A DNA stretch of 64,000 nucleotides from the human T2T-CHM13v2.0 reference genome, Homo sapiens: NCBI RefSeq assembly GCF_009914755.1, contig NC_060927.1. One strand, written 5' to 3'. The notes beneath the pieces were generated by a model that saw only the letters and a list, made by a program, of their open reading frames with translations, was not told the DNA's origin and made no database searches. Below, in pieces: positions 24,541 to 40,347 of this stretch; position 1 is the stretch's first letter, and each line of letters opens with the position of its first letter. A program made the translations under genes and the position numbers.

Positions 24541-24999
24541 TATTGTTCCATACCAAAGAGTTTACAATATGGCCCAGAAACAAAAACAGTACAAATGGCC
24601 TAAGATTATATTAGTAAGAGTAGTGTATACTCTCAATGTGGCTTGCTTTCTTCCCCTTCTGGTAGCTTTTCCAGGTGATTAAATAGGGACTTGTGTCCAT
24701 TAAACAAAAATAGCAAGGGAAGAAGAAGAAACTGCATCCTATTTCACAGCCAACTACATGGAGACAGAAGTCACAGAGATGAGGTAGACAGTGGCAGGCA
24801 TTAGAGAGAACAGGTTGAAACCTAAAGCCTGCTACAAGTAAAGAAACATACCATTGAAAGTTTTGCAGTTCTTGTAAATATACAGTGTATTGGGAGGTCT
24901 CACTCTTCCCTCCCTCTTATGATAGGTCTTGGAAAAGTTTTGTGGAAATGCAATCCCAGAGTGATTCATATCTTAACCACTTCCATTACTCATACAATC

Positions 25000-25330
25000 C
25001 ATTCAGTTAAGGTACAGTCACTGAACAATTATTTTTGTGCTATATAATGTTCCAAAAAGGGGTCAAGATATTTAAAAAAACTTTATTCATTTAATAAATT
25101 GGCGTATTCCATAATCAGGTACAATATTAGGGGACAGAAGGATATAGTAGCCAAAAAGACAAGTGTAGTCTCCACACATATGCAAATTATAGCAAGTTAA
25201 ATAGAGACATGCAATAAACAGAAAGTCACACAAATGACCAATTATTTGTACTTGTAGGGTTATAAGAGCCAAGTGGGAGGGCATAAAAATTAATTATGAA
25301 AGTGGGAAGGTGCCACAGGCATACTTAACC
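25000..25330 (-). mobile_element. L2 3'-end fragments
   Basis: ttattcatttaataaatt...ataatcaggtacaatattaggggacag. Confidence 0.55.
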
Positions 25331-25695
25331 AATTTCACAATTTGCCAACGGCTAACTTTTGCTAAGTCTAATACAAGGCTTTGATTTTACATTTGATGAA
25401 ATTTCCCAACATGCTCCTATGATCAGCTCAGGGAACAGACACTGCCCTAAGAGTGCCTGTTATTGACAAATCTTTGGTCTTCTTTCCAGAATTATCAGAG
25501 TTTGGATGAAAGTGAGAAAATAAATTTGTGGGGACTTGCTCCTCGAGACAGGAGAGACATTTTCAGTTGAAGGAATTTGTTCTGGGATTCCAGGGGAGAG
25601 TTCAATCCTTTCAGGCTGGTATAGCCATAGCCAGTTCACCTTCATGCTTGAGGCTCCAAAAACCCAACCATATTTAGCTGAATGATAATGGGGGT

Positions 25696-27687
25696 TGTAT
25701 GAGTTTATTCTTGTGTTGCTATAAAGAACTACTTAAGATTGGGTAATTTATATACAAAAACATGTTTAATTGGCTCATAGTTCTGCAGGCTGCACAGGGA
25801 GCATGGCTGGAGAGGCTTCAGGAAACTTTCAAACATGGTAGAAGGCAAAAGGAGAAGCATGCACTTGTTCTCATGGCAGGAGGGGAAGCATGCACTTATT
25901 CCCATGGCAGGAGGGGAAGCATGCACTTATTCTCACGGCAAGAGCAGGAGGAAGAGAGAGAGTGAAGGGAAAGGTGCCACACACTTTACAACAACCAGAG
26001 TTCATGAGAACTCACTCACTATCACAAGAGAAACAAGGAGGAAGTCTGCCCCTGTGATTCAGTCACCTCTCACTAGGCTCCTCCACCAACACTGGGGATT
26101 AAAATTTGACATGAGATTTGGGTGGGGACACAGAGCCAAACCATATCATTCCACCCCTGACCCCTCCCATACCTCATGTTCTTTTCACATTTAAAACACA
26201 ATAATGCCTTCCCAACAGTCCCCTAAAGTTTTAACTCATTCCAGAATTAACTCAAAAGTCCAAGTCCAAAGTCTCATCTGAGTCAAGGCACATCTCTTCC
26301 ACTTCTGAGCCTATAAAATAAAAAACAAGTTAGTTAGTTCCAAGGTACAATAAAGATACAGGAATTGGGTAAATTTTTTTGATCAAAAGGGATAAATTGG
26401 GCAAAACAAAGGGACTACAGGCCCCATGCAAGTTTGAAACCCAGCAGAGCAGACCACATGCAAGTCTGAAACCCAGCAATGCCAGCCTGCGAGGGTGAAA
26501 CTGCCCAGGGCCTTAAGAGTTCACCTGTTGCATCAGTGTGGCCTGGATGTGAGACATGGAGTCAAAGTAGATAATTTTGGAGCTAATCTTAAAACTCCAA
26601 ATCTTAAATCTCCAAAATAATCTTCTGGGCAGCTTCACCATTGTGGTTCTGCAGGGTACAGGCACTGCAGCTGCTTTCACAGGCTAGCATTGAGTGTCTG
26701 TGGCTTTTCCATGTGAGTAGTGCAAGCTGTTGGTGGACCTACCATTCTGGGATTGCAGGATGGTGGCTCTCTTCTTCCAGCCCCACTAAGCAGTGCCCCA
26801 GTGGGGACTCTGTCTGGGGGCTCCAAATGCACATTTCCTTTCCACACTGCCCTACTAGAGGTTGTCTATGAGCACACTGCCCCTTTAGCAGACTTAAGCC
26901 TGGACATCTAGGCACACTGCCTCTTCAGCAGATTTCTGCCTGGACTTCTAGGCATTTCCATACAGCCTCTGAAACCTAGATGGCGGCTCTTAAGCCTCAA
27001 CTCTTGCCCTCTGCACACCTGAAGGCTTAACACCGCATGGAGATCTTGGTGTTTTCTGGCTTGCAGCCTCTGTAGCAGTGGCCTGAGATGTGTCTGGGGC
27101 CCTTTTAACCATGGCTGGAGCTGGAACAGTTGGGACACAGGGCACCATGTCCCAAGGCTGCACAGAGCAGTGGGGCCCTGGGCCTAGCCCATGAAAGCAT
27201 TTCTTCCTCCTGGGCCTCCTGGCCTGTGATGGGAGGGGCTGCAGTAAAGGTCTCTGAAACGCCTTGGAGGCATTTTCCCCATTGTCTTGGCTATTAACAT
27301 TCAGTTCCCCTTTACTTATGCAAATTTATGCAGCCAGCTTGAATTCTTCCCCAGAAAATTGGTTTTGGTTCTGCATAAACTTCAAAATTGGTTCTGTAGG
27401 CTGTACAGGTAGCATGGATGACTCAGGAAACATTCTGTCATGTCAGAAGGCCAAAGGGGGACTAGGCATATCTTTACATAGCAGGAGCAGGAGGAAGAGA
27501 GAGAGTGAAAGGGAAGGTGCAACACACATTACAACAATCAGATCTCTTGAGAACTCACTATCATGAGAACAGCAAAAGGGAAGTCTGCCACCATGATTCA
27601 ACCACCTTCCACTAGGCCCCTCCTCCAACACTGGGCATTAAAATTTGACATGAGATTTATGTGGGGACACAGTGCCATACCATATTA
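25696..27687 (-). mobile_element. MSTA-like MaLR provirus: LTR 25696-26148, internal ~26149-27365, partly deleted LTR ~27365-27687
   Basis: Both LTRs end (on +) in atttgacatgagattt..gtggggacacag.gcca.accatat.a; internal region is the reverse complement of the THE1-int-like sequence at 61241-62385. Confidence 0.92.
25854..25944 (+). repeat. 31-bp unit x3 tandem repeat inside one LTR
   Basis: gaagcatgcactt(g/a)ttc(t/c)catggcaggaggg starting at 25854, 25885 and 25916. Confidence 0.93.
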
Positions 27688-27739
27688 GAAGTCTATCTTA
27701 AAAAGTCTGTGGTTTATAAAGAGATCCTGTGAGGAGGCC

Positions 27740-27995
27740 ATACAGTACAGTAGAGTGACAGAGGGTAGAGTCTCTGATGGGAAACTGCCTGAGTTTACTC
27801 TTGACTGCCATTTACAGATGATAGAATCATGGGCACGTCGCTTAACCTTGCTATGGCTCATCTCATGAGCATCATTTCATATACACATTTGGAATAGACC
27901 TCAGAAGGTTGTTGTGAGAGTTAAATGAGACAAAACATATAACACACAAAAATGTCCTCTGTACATGGGAAATGCCTGCTAAACATTAGCTATGT
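27740..27995 (+). mobile_element. MIR SINE
   Basis: aactgcctgagttt...gggcacgtcgcttaacct...gttgttgtgagagttaaatgaga...aaacattagctat. Confidence 0.75.
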
Positions 27996-30415
27996 TTTTA
28001 TGTGTAGGTGTATTACATATATAAAACTAATGAATTTCTTTTATGTTATAAGAATACATTTAAATACAAAAATCTCCCTTCCCCAAACCTACTCGTTGCT
28101 CTTTTCTTTAAATTAACGTCTTGTTAATTTGCCCAAACCCTAAAGCACAGTACTTTCCTCTGTCCGTTTTCTTTCATCTTTTCTTATCTTCCTGATAATT
28201 TCAAAATCCTTGAAGCGCTGTTTCTCTGCCTTTAGCCAAACAAGCTGCCCACTAGGAAGCGCATAAAGACCACCCAGAGCAAAGCAGATCCACCCAACAT
28301 GAGCTGATGTTGATACTGCCAATCCCAATTTGCCTGGTTCCTGGGAAGCTTTGTATTAAAAAGTGCTGTCACATATTTTTAATTTCCCCAGTGAGTCAGC
28401 TCTCCCTCTATGCTGCCCTACTAAAGAACTAGATAATATCAGAATGTGAAAGAAGACACGCTGTTCCAGAACTCAAGTTTTTCGTTCTTCTTGATTCAAA
28501 AGTAAATTTGTGAACATGGGGTATTGTGTCATATGAGGAAATGAATTAGGTTAACAAAGAATTAAGAACACAATATTATGTTCACAGTTAGACCACTTTC
28601 ATGTAGACTGAATTGTACATAATTATTCTAATGTGATTGAATTGGGAAGATTCAAGCACTGTGGCTAAATCTGTATAATCCTTTTTGTTCTTGTTGAAGC
28701 AGTTACTTTGTATATTTGAGCATTGTCTTTTTGTCACCTTTACTTGAACCAAATTTATTCAAAGTCAATGGTATTTTCTATTCCTAGAAAGACACTGACA
28801 TTTTAAGTCATTTCTTTAGGAAAAACTTAAAGTAAATCAGCAAAGTAAGCAAATTACAAGAAAAGCTAACCACGGACTTTTTCTATTGGAGAAAAATAGA
28901 ATTGAAGTGAATCAATGTTTTAAATATATTTACACTAGTCAGATCAACTTCATGACTAATCCACTCAGCTAAATAGGATGCAATTTGTAAGTCAGTTTAC
29001 TGAAAAAGCAAAACATGATAGTGCCAGTCAGCTTCTCCCTGAACTTTATTACCTAACTTTTTTAGATCTGCCTTCCCTAAGTCTATAATTAGATAATGGC
29101 TTTAATTAAGCCATTGAGCTTTTAACTATAGCAAAAGCTGCTCTGATGCAGTTTCCAAGCCAACTTAATGATAAATCAGAATAAATATAAGCAATCTCAC
29201 TCACTCACATTACCAGCAATCTCCTTTCTTCCCACAGTATCACTAACATGTGCATAACCAGAAGGGCTTAGAATCAGTTCATCACATTGGTACTTCATCA
29301 AATTTGATCTTGGGACTTCTGCATTATAATCAACAATACAATGTAATTCTGCTGGATCTCTTACAGAATTTCCAACACATTTTCAATTGTTATGTATTCC
29401 TAGATTATTCAACTGGATTATCTTTCGTGTTATTATTGTCTTTAGATCTCGTTTTAGAGTCTCACCTAGCTCCCAAATTCCCCTACAGCAAGGGTCCTTC
29501 TTTCATTTTGCCTGTCATACCTTGCTTAACTAAAGTACTGTACCTGATCTCCAATTCATGCCTATGGCCTTGATGGGGGACAAATCATCCAGAGGCTTCA
29601 CCCCTTACACTCTGTACTCTGCCCAGTGAGGACGGCACAGGGGCAGAATGATGTACACTTTAGATTGGACTACTAACCTTTAGAAGTCTTAGCCATCTCA
29701 TCTAAATTGCCTGTTTCCCCCAGCCCCTGACTCTAATAGCCTAAGATTGTACACATTTTCAAAGATATACTCATACCCTTCTATTATAGAAGTAGCTCTC
29801 TGAATTCATGACATTTAAAATTTTAAGTTAAATGACAGTCAGAAGACTAGCATGTCTTCATGTGTTTTCTTTAATTCCACTAAAAATAAGACGAAAGCTA
29901 TATGGTAAATATCCTATATGAAATAAATAATAAAAATAAAACAATGAGAAAGTTATAGTACACAGAGGGAATGATCATAAATGGATTTTTTTCAAACATG
30001 ATCAATGCAAACACAAATATTTAAAACTAAAATAATTTAACATTAATGATCTTCCATATCATTTAAAACAATTTCATTTTACTTTGTTCTAAAATTCTTG
30101 GGCATGGCAAGAGAATAAGATCTGTAAATAATGAAGGGAACATAAGACATTCCATAAACAAAACATTAATGGTAGAATTAAACGTATCAAGAAGCTTTAA
30201 ATAAGTAGGCCCATTTCAAAGATTTCAGAAGCAAATTGTAAAAACTATATTCCCTGGTGTAAAAATTATTGCTTCTCAAAAACTGATTCATATCATAGGA
30301 GGCAGAGCAAGATTACAGAAGAGAGAGCTTCACCAAACATCTTCCATGCAAAGACACCAAGTTAACAACTATCTACACAGAAAGAAACACCTTGTAAGAA
30401 CCAAAAATCAGGTAG

Positions 30416-30776
<361 letters not shown>

Positions 30777-32237
30777 AGTACCTGGTTTTAACTTCATTTT
30801 GCTGAAAGAGGCACTAAAGAGATAGAAAAAGCAGTCCTGAATCGCCAAAACCATCACTCCCCCACTCCATGCAGCAGCAGTGTGCTGAGATCATCTCTGG
30901 GCATTAGGTGAGGAAGAACACAGCAACTGTAAGGCACTGAACTCAGTTCAGTCCTGTTAGAGCAGAAAGAAAAGCTGAACCAAACTCAGCTGATGCTTAC
31001 CCACAGAGGAAGCCTTTAATCAGCCTTAGCCAGAGGAGAATCACCTTCCCATGGTCTGAACTTGTGTGCCTACAAACCTCGTCACGCAGGGCCAAAGTGC
31101 TCTCAGTCTCTCAGTAAATTTGAAAGGCAGTCTAAGTCACAAGGACTTCAACTCTTAGGCAATTCTAGGGCTGAACTAAGCCCAGAGACAGTGGACTGGG
31201 AGGGCACACAACAAACTGAGACACTAGCTGGGGCAGCCAAGGGAGTGCTGGCACAACCCCTTCCCTAATCTCAGGCTGCACAGCTTGTGGTCCCAAAAGG
31301 GACCCCTTCTTCTGCTTGAGGAGAGGACAGGGAAGAGTGGGGAAAACTTTGTCTTGCATCCTGAGTACCAGCTCAGCCACAGCAAGATAGGGCACTGATA
31401 ACAGTGATAAAGCCCCCATTCCAGGCCCTAGCTCCAAGATAACATTTCTAGACACACCCTGGGCAAGAAGGAAACCCATAGACTTGAAGAAAAGGACTTA
31501 GTTCTACCAGCATTCATCACTTGCTTACTGAAAAGCCCTTGGACCCTGAATAACCACCCAGCTATTACTGAAAGGCATTGAGTGACCCTCTGAGACTTAC
31601 TGGTTTAATGTACCAAACAGTCACAAGGGGGTAGAGCACTAAGCAGACTCTTTGGGCTCACAATTCCAGGATATGACTCTTTGATGGCAATTTCTGGATT
31701 TACCATAGGCCAGAGGTGAGTCCCAGGCCAGGCAACGTTCACCACAAGCTGACTTAAGAGATCTTGGCCCTTAAGGGAACATGGTTGGTAGTCTGGCAGT
31801 ACTCCCTGTGGCCAAGGGTGGCAGTGGTTGCTCGGTGAGTCTCCTCTGCCTTTGGAAAGGGGACGGAAGAATGGGAAGGACTGCATTTTGTGTTTTAAGT
31901 GCCAGATCAGCCTCAATATAATAAAATACAAGGTAGACTTCTAAAGTTTTTGAATCTAGCCTAAGAATCCTGAATGGCACTTCTGGACCCACTCAGGGCC
32001 TAAGGGACCCTGACACACTAAAGGAAGAACACAGACTTGGCTGGCTTTTCCACCTGCTGATTGTAGAGCCCCAGGACCTTGAACAAACAGAGACAGTAGC
32101 CAGGGAGTAGTTACAGCAGGCCTTGGGCAAGTTCCAGCACTGTGCTAGCTACAGGTCTGACCCAGCACAGTAATAGTGGCGGTGGTCACAGGGGTGCTTG
32201 TGTTACTCCACCTTCCTCCCAGCTTTAGGTGGCTCAG

Positions 32238-32281
<44 letters not shown>

Positions 32282-32549
32282 CTCTGTATGTTTGGGAGAA
32301 AGTAAACAAAGAAAAAGAGAACAAGAATCTCTTCATTGTAATCTATAGAAATTCCTCACATATTATCCAAGACAATCAAGACAGTACCTCTATGAGTCTA
32401 CAAGAATCACAGTGCTACTGGGTTGAGGTGCTCCTTAAAGCAGAAACAGCTTAGATCATAGCACCCAAGTTCTTTCAAATATCTGGAAAGCCTTTCCAAG
32501 AAGGATGGTGAAAAATAAGCCCAGACAGCAAAGACTACAATAAATATCT

Positions 32550-33507
32550 AACTCTTCAGTGCCCAGAAACCAAAGAACATCTACTTGCATCAGCACCACC
32601 CAGGAAAACATGACCTCACCAAATAAATTAAACAAGGCACCAGGGACCAATACTGGAGAAACAGAGATAGGAGATCTTCCAGGCAGAGAATTCAAAATAG
32701 CTGTGTTGAGAAAACTCAAAGAAATTCAAGATAACATGAAAAAAAATTCTGAATTCTATCACATAAATTTAACAAAGAGATTGAAATAATTTAAAAGAAT
32801 AAAGTAGAAATTCCAGAGCTGAGAAATGTGATTGGCACATTGAAGAATGCATAATAGTCTTTTAATCACAGAATGGATCGAGAAGAAGACAGAATTAATG
32901 AGCTTAAAGACAGGCTTTATTTGAAAATACAAATCAACAGGAGAAAAAAAACAATGAAGCATGCCTACAGGGTCTGGAAAATAGCATCAAAAGGGCAAGT
33001 TTAAGAATTACGGGCATGAAAGAGAAGGTAGAGAAAAAGATAGGGGTAGAAAGTGTATTCACAAGAATAATAACAGGGAATTTCCACAATTTAGTGAAAT
33101 ATATTGATATCCAATTACAAGAAGGTTATAGAACACCAAACAGATTTAACAAAAAGACTACTTCAAAGCATTTAACAATTAAACTCCCAAAGGTTAGGAA
33201 TAAAGAAAGGATCCTAAAAGCATCAAGAGAAATGAAACCAATAGCATGCAATGGAGCTCCAGTACATCTGGAAGCAGACTTTTCAGTGGAAACCATACAG
33301 GCTAAGAAAGAGAGGCATGAAATATTAAAAGTGCTGAAGGAAAACAACTTTTACCCTAGAATAATATATCTGGTGAAAATATTCATCAAACATGAAAGAG
33401 AAACACTTTCCCAAACAAACAAAAACTGATAGATTTTATCAATACCAGACCAGTCTGACAAGAAATGCTAAAGGGTGTACTTCAATCAGAAAGAAAATAA
33501 CATTAAT
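32550..33507 (+). pseudogene. L1 ORF1p remnant (frameshifted)
   Basis: ORFs 32559-32789 (REFKIAVLRKLKEIQDN) and 33016-33429 (KERILKASRE...LEADFSVETIQA...NFYPRIIY). Confidence 0.9.
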
Positions 33508-34010
33508 GAACAATAAATAATCACCTGAAGGTACAAAACTTCCTGGTAATAGTAAGTACATAGAAAAACACAGAATATTTTGACACTATAACTATGGTGT
33601 GTATACTATTCTTATCCTAAGTAGAAAGAATAATTGATGAACCAATCAAAAGTAATAACTACAACAACTTTTCAGGACATAATCAGTACAATAATACAAA
33701 AATTAAAAATAACCAAAATTAAAAGGTGGAGGGATGAAGTTAAGGTGAATTTTTGTTAGTTTTCTGTCTGCTTGTTGGTTTGTTTATACAAATATTATTT
33801 AGTTGTTGTCAGGTTAAATTATTTGGTTATAAGATACTATTTGCAAGCTTCATAGTAACCTCAAACCAAAAAACATACAATGGATACACAAAACATAAAA
33901 AGCAAGAATCTAAATAATATCACCAGAGACAATTACCTTCACTAGAGGAAGACAGCAATGAAAGAAAGAAGAAAGAGAATATTACAAAACAATCACAAAA
34001 AAATAACAAA

Positions 34011-38125
<4,115 letters not shown>

Positions 38126-38504
38126 AAATCAAAACAATTGTAGTCATAGGCATAGAGAGTAGAAGGATGGGTGTCAGAGGCTGGGAAGTGTAGTGGGGCC
38201 TGGGGGAGAGGTGCTAATGGTTAATGGGTACACAAAAAATAGTTAGAAAGAATAAACAAGACCTACTATTTGATACCACGACATGGGACTATAGTCAATA
38301 ATAACTGCACATTTTAAAATAACTTAAAGTGTGTAATTGGATTGTTTACAACTCAACGGATAAATGCTTGAGGAGATGGATACCCCATTCTGTATGATGT
38401 GCTTATTTCACATTGCATGCCTGTATCAAAACATTTCTTGTACCCCATAAATATAAACACCTAATATGTACCCATAAAAATTAAAAATAAAAAATGTTTA
38501 GTAT

Positions 38505-38740
38505 CAAACAACTAAGTGAGGACTTCTATTTCCACATATTAAAACTTAATAAAAAGTTACTGTTTTTAAAAGAATATTATATTAATACAGGGCATAACCA
38601 AAGAAGGAGGTACAATTACAGAAAAAAAAAAAGCTTCCAGAAATAGATCTGCACATATGTGTGATCTCAAAAATGACAAAGCTGTTATTTCAAGTCAGTG
38701 GGAGAAAGCTGGCTGAGTTAATACATGGTTCTGGAATTGG
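38505..38740 (+). mobile_element. Ancient L1ME-like ORF2 fragment (probable host of the L1MA1; more at ~29850-30290)
   Basis: ccagaaatagatctgcacatatg...atgacaaagctg...agtcagtgggagaaagctgg. Confidence 0.5.
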
Positions 38741-39461
38741 ATTAAACCTATTATAATTCTCTCCCTGGGGCTGTGGAAATTGGCTGCTTCCTCTGAAGTA
38801 CTTGGCCTTGTAAAAGAAGGTAGACATCTGAATCAAAATCATCTCCCAAATTGCCAGGAAAAAAAAGTGGGTAGTAGGGTAGATTTCAAGTTGGCAATCA
38901 ACAGCATCTGATACAAGAAACTTTGTATTCAGACTGAACTAATTCCATTACTAAACTGTATGACCTCAAGTAAATTATATTTCTTGTAAAGCTAACCATT
39001 TCAGTGAGATTTTCAAAATTATTAATATAAATTTAATTATCTTGTTTTTAATACTTTAATGTTCTCTTTATACTAATTACCTTGTTCTTACAACTTCTGT
39101 GTTTTCTCTGTGCTTCTTTAATTCTTCCAGTTTCTCAGACTTTCAAAGTTGTCTCTTGCTTATAGGGCTTTACAAAGAACCCGCTACTTGTTTAATGACC
39201 AAATCTAAAGTTCTAATACACAATTTATTAATTTTCTCTATTACTCAAAATATTTTCTTTTTATATATTATTTATATATTTTCCGGCATTATGAGATGAA
39301 GTCCAATAAATTTTGCCTGCTGTATTCACTATTACCACGCATGTACAGATGTTTAGTCATCTTTGAATAGTTGTTGGAGGGTATGAGTTTGTTTTCCTTC
39401 TTTTTTTCTTCTTGTTCTCTTTCTTGAGCAGTGGATTTCTTTAAATATTTAGGATCTGGGG

Positions 39462-39572
39462 AATATATATACACATATATAGTATATATATTTTATACAA
39501 CACATACACACATATAATGCCTATACATATGCGATATATGTATATACCTATATAATGTGTATACATATGCAT
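39462..39572. repeat. (TA/CA)-rich low-complexity tract
   Basis: atatatatacacatatatagtatatata...catatgcgatatatgtatatacc. Confidence 0.75.
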
Positions 39573-40179
39573 TTGACATTAGTGATATGAATAGCCTATA
39601 CACCTGCCACTCTTTTGACATAAACATGTAGCATCCGATTACTGTACCACAATAGTAGGACCCATGAATTTAAAAATCTCCAGTACTCTGATCATTTAGA
39701 ATGTCAGAACTCCTTCAAAGTGATGTTTGTGGCTTTATATCTGAAATGGGACTAAGCAGCTCTTCCTGAGCCTTTAAATAATAATTACATCACATTCCCA
39801 TTAGCAATCTTATGATCTCTGGTCCCACTGCAAGGATCTTGGAGTTCAGATTCTAAAATTATTCCAAGGATGGGGGGAAACATATCTTTTTAAAGGTTTT
39901 CTACTTTACTTTCATGTAGTAAGTAATTCCTCATATCTATTGGATATTGGCATCATTTTTGTCCTGTCTGTATTTTCTTTCCAGAAACTGCTCACAGATA
40001 TAGCATACTGATGAGTCCCAGATAATTGGTATTGCCATCGATTTATTTATTTGTTCTTCTGTTTGTTATTTTTGCTCTTAATATCTATGGTCAATTTGGT
40101 GGGATTTGGGGGAGAGGCAAGTTTAAGGCATTTGTTCTGTCATCTATTTTGCATTTAATACCTGTTGTTTTGTGAGAAA

Positions 40180-40347
40180 ATAGTTCTCAAACTTCTATAA
40201 TCACCTGAAAGACACAGATTGCTGGACTTATCCCGCAGAGTTTCTTATTTGGTATGTGTGGGGTGAGGCCTGATAATCTATATTTCTATAAAATTCCCAG
40301 GTGATGCCAATGTTGCTGGTTGGGGATTCACATTTTGAGAATCACAG
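40180..40347. mobile_element. MER5A MITE
   Basis: gttctcaaactt...acacagattgctgg...ttcccaggtgatgcc...cacattttgagaatcac with terminal inverted repeats. Confidence 0.85.

Noticed and set aside
25854-25944. 31-bp repeats as a CRISPR-like array
   Set aside because: Units are contiguous without unique spacers, lie within an LTR in primate DNA, and there are no cas genes.
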